A DNA stretch of 62,529 nucleotides, the filler included. It is 9 parts of 9 records of this genome, joined end to end, with 100 filler letters (N's around TTAATTAATTAA, not from the genome) between each part and the next. Parts side by side here need not be neighbours in the genome. Positions count along the whole stretch, not along the records: positions 21,000 to 30,777 come from SRR31147125_130014; positions 30,878 to 36,535 come from SRR31147125_130017; 7 more parts are not named here. One strand, 5' to 3'. A model generated the notes under the pieces. That model made no database searches. It saw nothing but the letters and a program-made list of their open reading frames with translations, and was not told the DNA's origin. Shown here one piece after another: positions 21,725 through 31,085 of the stretch (position 1 is the first letter of the stretch; every line of letters begins with the position of its first letter). The position numbers were made by a program, and so were the translations under genes.

Positions 21725-23779
21725 TCAACTCTGCTCGTTTTCCATACGGAGTTTGTGCAGCGCCATTGGATTGGTCTCTTCAATATATCGTTTGATGCCG
21801 TCGACAATGCCCTGGCACAACTTGTCCTGATAATGGCCGTTGGTCAATCGCTTGCATTCACGCGGATTGCTGATAAACGATGTTTCGATCAGGATCGATG
21901 GCATCTCGGCACCGAGGAGTACATAAAACGGCGCTTTTTTAACCCCTTTGCTCCTGATTTTACTGTACTCTTTGCGCAAGCTTTTCAGGGCGCCCTGTTG
22001 CACATAGGAGGCCAAACGGGTGGACTCGCTCACTTTGGCATTGTTCATCAGGTCTTTTAAAATCGAATGCAGGTCGCTGATGTTCTTGAGGGATGTGGCG
22101 TTCTCACGGGCAGCGACACGGATTGCCTCGTCGTCCGTGGCCAGGTTCAATATGAAGGTCTCGATACCATAAGCACGTTTGTCCGGTGAGGCGTTGGTGT
22201 GAATGGAGATAAAAAGATCAGCCCCCTGTGTGTTGGCGATGGCGGTCCGCTCCTCCAAACTCAGGAAGGTGTCTTTGCTCCTGGTCATCACCACATCGCA
22301 CTTGAGCTGCTCCCGGATCTTTTTTGCCAGCCGTTTGCCAATCTGCAAAACCACCTTCTTTTCATGTACCCCTTTGAGATATCCGGGGGCACCGTAATCC
22401 TTTCCGCCGTGACCGGGATCGATCACGATGCGTCTAACCCCCAGCGCAAGTTGTTTGACGATGGCGCTGGGCGGGAGTTTGCCGTTGCTGCGAGCGACGA
22501 GATCAGGTGTTTTGGATGACGTATTGGCCGTTTCACTTTTCTCTTCACCCCACACATCCAATACGATGCGAAACGGATTCTTTAAGGAAAATATCTTAAA
22601 TGTCTTGGATGACTTGATATCCACCACAACACGGACCGTATCGCTTTTATATTGGCCGGCGCGGGCGTCGCTGAGCAGATTGTCATTGATCGGGACTACT
22701 TTCTGCAGATCTTTGCTTAATCGGGAGTTGTGAACGTCGATATAGATGCGTTGGGGTTTTTTCAGTGAAGGATCTTCGCGCAGCTCATGATAGGTGAAGA
22801 TGGTGTCCAGGTTGGCATCGATGACGACCCTTGTGTAGCGCGGGTTCGACCAGAACCGTAATCCTTCCACAATAGCGGTACCGCCGCCGACGGTGTCGGC
22901 ATGGGAACTGGCCGGAGGTCTTGTGTCGCCATCGGCCGAACGGATCATGTCGGATATACCATCGGAGGATGCGGCATACGGGCTGGAGGGCGCCGTCATT
23001 GCCAGTTCACTGCGGGCTTTGGCAGCGAAGGGGCTCCTTGGAAATTGCTGAACGAGATCCTCCAGGGTCTTATGAGATTGGTTTCGGTCCACCTCACTGC
23101 GCGACCACTTGTAGAGCCCTGCGTAGCTGTCAGCCAATCCATACATGGCCGCAGGTGCGTGAGGACCGTCTGGATCGGCTTGGTAAGCGTTGCGATAAGC
23201 GGTGATGGACTTGATCCATTGATCCCTGTATCGTTGCAGCTTTGGATCCTTTTCCAACCGTCGGTCGTTGGCCTTGGCTCTGTCCAACCACTGTTCGGCT
23301 GAGGGGCGTGCCGGGGTGGGTTTGGCTCGCTTTGTTTTTTTCCCATTGATCCCACTGATGGCTGTCTTGGCCTTGGCACTGTATCCGCTCTTGGGAAAGT
23401 GGCGCACCACACGCCCCAGCAGGTCCAGCGACTCTTGACGATCCGATTCAAGATAGGAGTGTTTATAAAGCTCGCCGTACAACAGCCCTGCGTTGTATAG
23501 TCCTGAAGCCGCCCATGGTCCATGGGGGTTGTGCCGATATACAGCCAGGTATTTTTTAATACAGCTAAGCCACCGGTCACGATACTTTTGGCGTTTGGAA
23601 TTTTTTCGCAGCTCCAGAGCACACCGCTCGGCAGTATAATATTTTGATCTGGCAGATGCCGCAAATGCCGGTGTTTCAATCGAGGGCAATACAAAACAAC
23701 AGACAAGGAGCCATGCCAAGAGGAGTCTGTATTGGTACTTCCCGGACGGAAGAGGAGGTAATTTTCTTTTTTCGATCAT
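21725..23779 (-). CDS. N-acetylmuramoyl-L-alanine amidase (Amidase_3) with duplicated TPR-like N-terminus and AMIN-like domain
   Basis: IDPGHGGKD, EKKVVL, FISIHTNA, ILIETSFISN; YTRVVID AMIN-like segment. Confidence 0.9.
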   Translation of the reverse strand: MIEKRKLPPLPSGKYQYRLLLAWLLVCCFVLPSIETPAFAASARSKYYTAERCALELRKNSKRQKYRDRWLSCIKKYLAVYRHNPHGPWAASGLYNAGLLYGELYKHSYLESDRQESLDLLGRVVRHFPKSGYSAKAKTAISGINGKKTKRAKPTPARPSAEQWLDRAKANDRRLEKDPKLQRYRDQWIKSITAYRNAYQADPDGPHAPAAMYGLADSYAGLYKWSRSEVDRNQSHKTLEDLVQQFPRSPFAAKARSELAMTAPSSPYAASSDGISDMIRSADGDTRPPASSHADTVGGGTAIVEGLRFWSNPRYTRVVIDANLDTIFTYHELREDPSLKKPQRIYIDVHNSRLSKDLQKVVPINDNLLSDARAGQYKSDTVRVVVDIKSSKTFKIFSLKNPFRIVLDVWGEEKSETANTSSKTPDLVARSNGKLPPSAIVKQLALGVRRIVIDPGHGGKDYGAPGYLKGVHEKKVVLQIGKRLAKKIREQLKCDVVMTRSKDTFLSLEERTAIANTQGADLFISIHTNASPDKRAYGIETFILNLATDDEAIRVAARENATSLKNISDLHSILKDLMNNAKVSESTRLASYVQQGALKSLRKEYSKIRSKGVKKAPFYVLLGAEMPSILIETSFISNPRECKRLTNGHYQDKLCQGIVDGIKRYIEETNPMALHKLRMENEQS

Positions 23780-23880
23780 ATTGCTTTCGCCAGTCCCATC
23801 AACCCGAATTGTTTTCTGTAAAGACATTGTTGACTGAGCGTCAAACCTTGCGTCCAAGAAAACATGAGCAATGCCCGTTG

Positions 23881-26504
23881 TCAATGTGTCTTCTTGATCT
23901 TTTCCTGTATCTCCTGGAGCAGATTAAGCGCCTCCAGCGGGGTGATGGAATTCAGATCAATAATTTGCAAATACTCGACAATTTCACTCTCATACGGCTT
24001 AAACAGGTCCAGCTGGACATGTCCCGGCCGCTCCCCACAGCGCACTCACTCCCACTCTTCAATTGGCTACCCGCAGGGGCATGGTTTTCGACCCGCTCCA
24101 GAACCGACTTGGCCTCCCTCACCACCTGCTCCGGAATACCGGCCAACCGTGCCACCTGTATGCCGTAACTGCGGTTGGTGCCGCCCGGAATCAGTTTGCG
24201 CAGAAAGATGATCTGATCATTCCACTCCTTTACGGCGATGTTGAAATTCTTCACGCGCGGTTTGCTTTCGGCCAGTTCGGTCAACTCGTGGTAGTGCGTT
24301 GCAAAAAGTGTCTTTACGCCCCTGCCCTTCAGATCGTGCAGAAACGCCACCACGGCCCAGGCGATGCTCAATCCATCATAGGTACTGGTACCCCTACCTA
24401 TTTCGTCCATGATAACGAGACTTTGAGAGGTGGCATTGTTCAAGATGTTGGCTGTCTCCTCCATCTCGACCATGAAGGTGCTCTGGCCTGCCGACAAATT
24501 GTCCAGTGCCCCCACCCGCGTAAAAATACGGTCGGTCACTGCGATATCGGCCGCTTCGGCCGGCACGAAAGATCCCATCTGGGCCATGATCACCAGAAGC
24601 GACACCTGGCGCAGCGCAGTCGATTTCCCCGCCATGTTGGGACCGGTGATCACCAGTATCTGATCGCTATCGTCGTCAAGGGAAATACTGTTGGGGACAA
24701 AGCGCTCTCCGCGTATCATCTTTTCCACTACGGGATGGCGCCCCTCCTGAATGTGGATCTTACCGTGGGTATTGATCTGCGGTCGACAGTAATCGTTCTG
24801 GTCTGCCACCTCGGCAAGGGACAAGAGGCAATCGATCCGGGCCAGGAAACGGGCGGCAGCCTGAAGATGATCGCTATTGCCCCTAACCTCGTCCCGAAGC
24901 TGGTTGAAAATTTCCAGCTCCAACGCGCAACGCTTCTCTTCGGCACCGAGAACTTCGGTTTCAAACTGTTTGAGTTCATCGGTGATGTATCGTTCCGCGT
25001 TGACCAGGGTCTGTTTTCGAACGTAGTGGTCCGGCACCTGCTTTGCCTGGGCTTTTGAGACCTCGATGTAGTATCCGAAAACCTTATTGAACCGGACTTT
25101 CAAGGTGTTGATGCCGGTGGCCTCACGTTCACGCCCTTCGAGTTGCGCCAAGTAACCTTTTGCGTTTTTGGACAGTTCGATCAACCCGTCCAACGGGGCG
25201 TGGTAGCCGGTCCGGATCATCCCCCCTTCAGAGATCGTCGGCGGTGCGTCTTCCCGAACTGCACTTCCGATAAGCTCTCCCAAGGAGGCAAGCTCCTCGG
25301 CCGCCAGTCGAACCTTGAAAAGCTCGCTGTTGAATTGACGCAACAGTCCCCAAACATCCGGAAGCGCGGACAAAGATTTTCCCAGGGCCAACAGATCCCG
25401 GGCATTGGCGTGCCCCATGATAATCTTGCTGTTCAATCGCTCCAAGTCATACACGCAGGTGAGCGTCTCCATGAGGCGGAGCCTTACATCCCCCTTGACC
25501 AGGGCCTCTTCGACGGCGTCCAGCCGATCGCCGATCCTCTGTACGTTGAGCAGCGGGTATCGAAGCCAACGCTTCAGCTCTCGCCCCCCCATGGCTGTTT
25601 TTGTATGATCCAGAATACTGATCAATGTACCGCGCCTGTTTCCGGCGCGCAGATTGACCTCCAGTTCGAGGTTTTGCCGGCTCATGTGGTCGACCACAAG
25701 ATGATCTTCGAGTTGGTAGGTTTCAATTCTCTGAAGATGCGAAACCGTCTGCTTCTGTGTCTCCTCTACATAGAAGAGCAATGCACCGGCTGCCCCCAAT
25801 CCGGCGCTCATCTGATGACATCCAAAGCCTTCCAGCGACCGCGTCTGAAACTGTTCGATCAGTCTTTTTCGGCCTCTGACCGTCTCAAAAGTGGATGCGT
25901 CCAGCCAGTTGATGGTCCGATCATCGAGTACCGCCGCGATCGCCCGGATCACCTCGTCATCTTTCATTCCCGCCGGTAGCAGCACCTCCTTTGGGGAGAT
26001 CCGTTTGACCTCCTCAATGATCTTCTGTGATTTTTTGGTCTCAGCAACGCGAAACAGTCCGGTGGAAATATCGAGGTGTGCCAGCCCAAGCATGTTCTTG
26101 CCGATGGTAAGCGAAAGCAGGTAGTTGTTCGATTTGGCGTCCAAAAGCTCATTTTCGACAATCATACCGGGTGTTACAACGCGGACAACTTCCCTTTTAA
26201 CCAGCCCCTTTGCTGTAGCCGGATCTTCAACCTGGTCGCAAATCGCCACTTTGTGGCCGCGTTCGATAAGACGCGCAATATATCCCTGGGCGGCCCTGAA
26301 GGGGACACCGCACATGGGTACCGGCGACGCCTCATTCTTGTTTCGGGAGGTCAGTGTGATCTCCAACTCCCGAGACGCCAGTTTTGCGTCGTCGAAAAAC
26401 ATCTCGTAGAAGTCCCCCATGCGATAAAAAAGAATCGCGTCCTGGTAGGACTCCTTTATAGAAAGATATTGCTGGAGCATGGGAGTGGTTTTGGGGGTAC
26501 TCAT
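23881..26504 (-). CDS. mutS: DNA mismatch repair protein MutS, frameshift near 24035
   Basis: TPMLQQY, GDFYEMF, TGPNMAGKST, DEIGRGTST; canonical tail VQLDLF...NSITPLEALNLL lies in another frame ending at 23881. Confidence 0.95.
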
Positions 26505-26607
26505 ATTAAAAAGCTGCTTTGTCCAGGTTGGACCATTGGGGTGAGAATAACAGGTATGATGACATAATAGCGACCCAACCGGCTCTTTCGGCAGAACATA
26601 TCATGGG

Positions 26608-27063
26608 CTAATTTTGTTCCGCTGACGGGGCTGGTTCCGTGGTCGCCGCTTTGGCATCAGATTCAGATTCTGGCTCCGGTGCAACAGTCTGTTCCGTTGT
26701 CTGAGCCTCCTCTTCGGCTGTCAATGTTTCTGCTCCTGAAGCGGTAACGGGTTTGAGCGATTCGATATCTCTTTTCATCTCATCAATAGCAAGCTGTTGT
26801 GCGTCATTGTTCTGTTTCAGTGTTTTAATCTGTTTACCGGACCGAAAACGCTCCGCCAACCCGAATAGATAAGCAAGTAGCCAGCCGAGGCAAAAAAGGC
26901 CCGCGAAGAAGAGGACCACCGGCAACTCGGGAGATTGGTACCGGGTAAAAATAAGGTCGATCCCCATGCTCTCCTTGGCAAGAAAGAAGTCTTTGTTCTG
27001 ATAGATGACGGTACCAAGAAACAGGATGATAACGAGCCATATTCCGATCTTTACCTTTTTCAT
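26608..27063 (-). CDS. LapA-domain (DUF1049-like) membrane protein
   Basis: Two TMs with QN motif, then coiled-coil and acidic tail. Confidence 0.6.
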   Translation of the reverse strand: MKKVKIGIWLVIILFLGTVIYQNKDFFLAKESMGIDLIFTRYQSPELPVVLFFAGLFCLGWLLAYLFGLAERFRSGKQIKTLKQNNDAQQLAIDEMKRDIESLKPVTASGAETLTAEEEAQTTEQTVAPEPESESDAKAATTEPAPSAEQN

Positions 27064-27205
27064 TCGGATTCTCCCTGAGCGTGAATCGATATTGGCATTA
27101 AATTACTTTAATACTTACAATTTTCGATTTTAAAACTCAACCCTTTTTTCCCCGAGAGTCCGCTGCAACCGGCTCCGGGAGTTTAGCTGCCCCTCTGTTT
27201 TCCGT

Positions 27206-28390
27206 TCAGGAAACGTCAATTACTTTGGGGCGCAGGTGAGCAGGGCATTGAAGAAGAAAATAGCGGTCGGTCATACCGGCGATAAAATCGCGCACGATCT
27301 CCGCCGGCTGATGGGATGCTGTATATTCAGCAGACATATCGGCGAGAAAACCGGTAAAAATTTTCGATCGCTCATTTCCGTACTGTAAATCCTCTAAATA
27401 AGTTTCGAACAGAAGTTCAAACAGTGTCTTAATCGCGGGAGAGTGTTTTTTGATGGTCGGATTGAGATAGATGGATTCCAGATTGAATATTTTTAGCTGT
27501 TTCAGTGCCTTAGACACTCTATCACTGAAAGCGATATGAGGTTGTGAATGGCTGCAATGAATGATGTCGGTGACCAGATTGTATACGATGGTACCGTTGC
27601 TCTCCCCCAACACAGAGGTGACCTCCTTGGGCAGGTCGCTTCGTTGAATCACGTTGAGCCGAATGGCATCTTCAAGATCCCTTCCGATGTAAGCCACCGT
27701 GTCTGCCATTCTCACCACACACCCCTCCAGCGTCATCGGGCTCAAGGGCACATCCGGGTCGGTCTTCTTCTGCTCCATCTCCCATGCCAGCGTGTTAAAG
27801 GTTTTCTCCTTTTTGGGTTGGAGTACCTGGTTGTGGATTTCGCCGTCGTGGCAGAGAATGCCATCCAGGGTCTGCAGGCTAAGGTTCCATCCTCTGCCTT
27901 TGCGTTCTACCCGGTCCAGAAACTGGATACTTTGAACATTGTGCAAAAAATGGCCGATGCCGGCATCGGCACACAACTGGCTCAGGTAGCGTTCGCCGTC
28001 ATGTCCGAATGGGGTGTGACCGATGTCGTGCCCCAAGGCAATAGCTTCGATAAGATCCTCATTCAAATGGAGAAAACGACCGATGGTGCGGGCAATTTTG
28101 GAGACGAGTTGCACGTGCAGTACCCTGTGGGTGATATGGTCGTTGCGGATAAGATAAAAAACTTGTGTTTTGTCGATATAGCGGGCGTATGCCATGGAGT
28201 GCATTATTCGATCCGCATCAAGGGCATAAGCCTGACGATAGCCGAATTGAACCGTCTGCTCGGGCCGGCGCCGAAGCGCCTCTTTACTGAGGGCTGCACT
28301 GGAGGAATAGATGCCGCTCTCCCGCTCGTTGAGGTCGGATTTCAGATTCGACAGGGTCAATGTAATCTTATCAGATCTCTCCATCTGCAA
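27206..28390 (-). CDS. HD-domain dNTP triphosphohydrolase-like protein
   Basis: KTQVF, HRVLH, GHDIGHTPFGH, ADTVAY, DFIAGMTD. Confidence 0.85.
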   Translation of the reverse strand: MQMERSDKITLTLSNLKSDLNERESGIYSSSAALSKEALRRRPEQTVQFGYRQAYALDADRIMHSMAYARYIDKTQVFYLIRNDHITHRVLHVQLVSKIARTIGRFLHLNEDLIEAIALGHDIGHTPFGHDGERYLSQLCADAGIGHFLHNVQSIQFLDRVERKGRGWNLSLQTLDGILCHDGEIHNQVLQPKKEKTFNTLAWEMEQKKTDPDVPLSPMTLEGCVVRMADTVAYIGRDLEDAIRLNVIQRSDLPKEVTSVLGESNGTIVYNLVTDIIHCSHSQPHIAFSDRVSKALKQLKIFNLESIYLNPTIKKHSPAIKTLFELLFETYLEDLQYGNERSKIFTGFLADMSAEYTASHQPAEIVRDFIAGMTDRYFLLQCPAHLRPKVIDVS

Positions 28391-29183
28391 TGAGCTGCTC
28401 CATTAATTTTTCAAAGTCAATTCCATACTGTCTGAAACCTTCGCGCCCATATTTCATATTGACCTCCAACACCAGAAAATTGCCTCGGTATCGGCAGATG
28501 TCGAAGCCGACATCGTCCAATCGGCATCGCCGTGCAGCCTGCTCGGCCAGCTGAACCGCCTCGCGGGGTATCGGTGAGCGGTCGATCCTGCCGCCCTGGG
28601 CCACATTGGTGCGAAAATCCCCATTGGGCGCCACACGCCAGTAGGCATGCACAGCGTTGCGGCCGATGACCACGACCCTAATATCCCGCTCAATAGGCAT
28701 ATACTCCTGAATATAGGCAGGTGAATGGCTCTGGCAATAGCGATCCAGCTCCTCAAGGGTTCGTATCAGAAAAACGCCGCGTCCCATGGCGGACCCTCTT
28801 GCCACTTTTGCAACCAAAGGTAGTTTAAAGTGGTCCCGAATCCGGCTCTTTTGGCGTTTCCCGAAAAAGGCACGGGTTTTGGGGTGGGGGATGCCGGCCA
28901 TCTGGAAAAGGGCTGTTTGCTTGATCTTGTCCTGGGCAATTTTATAGGTGTGATAACTGGGAAAGGTCTTCTTTCCGATCGCATCCAGCAGCTCTGCATA
29001 AAACGTAGATGGATAGTATATTTTGTCGGCTCGCCGGATGAGCTCTCTCTCTTCGGCGTTGTAATCCGAGAAGTTGGGACGAACACCCAGCGTCACCATA
29101 GACGGGCATCGACGTAACCGTCTCTCAAAGGCAACGAGCGGAACCGCATCATCGCTTGTTGAGTTCATCCCACCTTCTGTCAT
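28371..29183 (-). CDS. RimK-like ATP-grasp protein
   Basis: GSAMGRGV, YIQEY, DIRVVVIG, FRTNVAQGG, LEVN. Confidence 0.85.
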   Translation of the reverse strand: MTEGGMNSTSDDAVPLVAFERRLRRCPSMVTLGVRPNFSDYNAEERELIRRADKIYYPSTFYAELLDAIGKKTFPSYHTYKIAQDKIKQTALFQMAGIPHPKTRAFFGKRQKSRIRDHFKLPLVAKVARGSAMGRGVFLIRTLEELDRYCQSHSPAYIQEYMPIERDIRVVVIGRNAVHAYWRVAPNGDFRTNVAQGGRIDRSPIPREAVQLAEQAARRCRLDDVGFDICRYRGNFLVLEVNMKYGREGFRQYGIDFEKLMEQLIADGEI

Positions 29184-29212
29184 TTGGCGGCTTGACGTCC
29201 ATCCCCGGTCTT

Positions 29213-30051
29213 TTATGCCGATGCCACCACCTTTTCCGTAACGCCTGCCAGTGCGGTCATATAATCGGATGCCGTGGCATGTAGTTCAAGTGGTGCACCC
29301 CGGTCAAGCGCCTTGACCACATTAGCGTCAAAGGGGAGTGAGCCGAGAAATGGTACGTCCATTTGCGTAGCCGTTTTTTGCCCCCACCCTCTTTGAAAAG
29401 AGAGATGGTTTTTCCACAGCATGGGCAGGCAAAGGGGCCCATATTTTCGACGAGGCCCATCATATCGAGCTGGATAGTCCGGCAAAAGTTGATCGATTTA
29501 CGAACATCCGCCAAAGCGACATCTTGCGGGGTCGTGACGATAACCGCTTTCGCATCCGTGATGGTCTGGGCAACGCTCATGGGTTCATCTCCGGTGCCCG
29601 GGGGGGCATCGACGATCAGAAAGTCGAGGTCGCCCCACTTTACGTCACCCACGAACTGCTGGATGACACCCGATTTGGCTGGCCCGCGCCATATGACGGC
29701 CTGATCTTTATTTTGCATCAGCGACTGCATTGAGACCACTTTCAAGTGGTCGTTGACTGCTTTGGGAAGGACCTTTTGATCTGCATCGATATCGAGCAGG
29801 CCCTGGATACCCATCATGCCGGCCAGGCTGGGTCCATGAATATCCACATCCAGAAGACCGACCTGATAGCCTTTTCCGGCCAACGATATGGCCAGGCCTG
29901 CTGAAACACTGGATTTCCCAACGCCGCCTTTGCCGCTCATAACAAGCAATTTTGTCTTTATCCTGCCCAGAACCTGCTTTATCTTTTCATCCTGGCTCTG
30001 TTGTGCACTCTGACCGGATGCATCGGGGGTCTGATTTCCATTTTGTGCCAT
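29213..30051 (-). CDS. Mrp/ApbC/NBP35 Fe-S cluster carrier ATPase, frameshift near 29375-29385
   Basis: SGKGGVGKS, DVDIHGPS, DAPPGTGDE, ENM..CPCC; C-terminal VPFLGSLPFD in a second frame. Confidence 0.9.
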
Positions 30052-30236
30052 ATCTCATCTCGCTTTCCTCGGTTTGCGATAGCTGTTCAGTATTTCGAAG
30101 CAGCTCAGCTGCTATTCTATCGATCCACCATGGTTTGAATATTCATTTAACATAAACCCCGCAAAGGGTTTGTTAAGTCGCAACCTTTGCTGGCCATATA
30201 GCAAGATTCATCCCCTCTTGCAATGAAAGCGACAGT

Positions 30237-30761
30237 TCAATCCTGGACTTTGAACCACTGGTCTAATTGTTTCAACCAGCGCATGGCATGGCTGCCAGAC
30301 CAAAAGACGTTGTTACAGGTGGTGCATTTGTGGAACGTTCTGTGAACGGTGGCGATGTATTCCGGAACCGATCCAACGACTTGGTCTCTGGGTACTTGCA
30401 CCAACAATCGATTGCATCGACTGCAACGGGTCAGTGGTTTTAAATCCGATGGTCTCAATTTCAGCGCGGCAACGACTTGTCGAACCTGATCGACAGGCTG
30501 GTCGTGGATGATGAAGATCAACTCTCTGGAACGCATTTCTTTTAGGACGCGCAGGCAACGGGTAAGAATGGTACGTTCTCCGTGGGCAAGCCGGGAGAGT
30601 CGATTTGGATCAGGAACGGCCGGGTCGAAGAGCGTATCTATACCGGCCAGACGCAGGTAGGCGACAAGTTTTCCCAGACTGGCATCGCCAACCAGACGTG
30701 GCAATCTTATGTTAACCATTCTTCCAAATAATGGGCACTCTGTTTGGGTAGATAGACCCAT
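30237..30761 (-). CDS. Mut7-C RNase domain protein
   Basis: DASLGKLVAYLRLAGIDT, RCSRCN, CTTC..FWSGSH. Confidence 0.85.
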   Translation of the reverse strand: MGLSTQTECPLFGRMVNIRLPRLVGDASLGKLVAYLRLAGIDTLFDPAVPDPNRLSRLAHGERTILTRCLRVLKEMRSRELIFIIHDQPVDQVRQVVAALKLRPSDLKPLTRCSRCNRLLVQVPRDQVVGSVPEYIATVHRTFHKCTTCNNVFWSGSHAMRWLKQLDQWFKVQD

Positions 30762-30877
30762 TCATAAAAAAGGCTAGNNNNNNNNNNNNNNNNNNNNNNN
30801 NNNNNNNNNNNNNNNNNNNNNTTAATTAATTAANNNNNNNNNNNNNNNNNNNNNNNNNNNNNNNNNNNNNNNNNNNN

Positions 30878-30975
30878 ATGGCAGTGTGGATACCCGGGAT
30901 TGGGATTACATTCGTTCCTGGGCTCACGATCTAAAAGAACAACTTTTACAATATGAAACTGTAAAGACGCATTAA
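30878..30975 (+). CDS. C-terminal fragment of a flavodoxin/HemG-like protein
   Basis: Manual translation ...SVDTRDWDYIRSWAHDL resembles the D.RDW..I..WA flavodoxin terminus; not in ORF track. Confidence 0.45.
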
Positions 30976-31085
30976 ACGCTGCGTCAAATGACTTTTCTTA
31001 CGTATCGTTCCTTAAAATGGAATTGGGGAAAAGAAGAACTGCGTCAAAAATCAATATTTTCCTTATATAGGGATTTGATTTTAAT

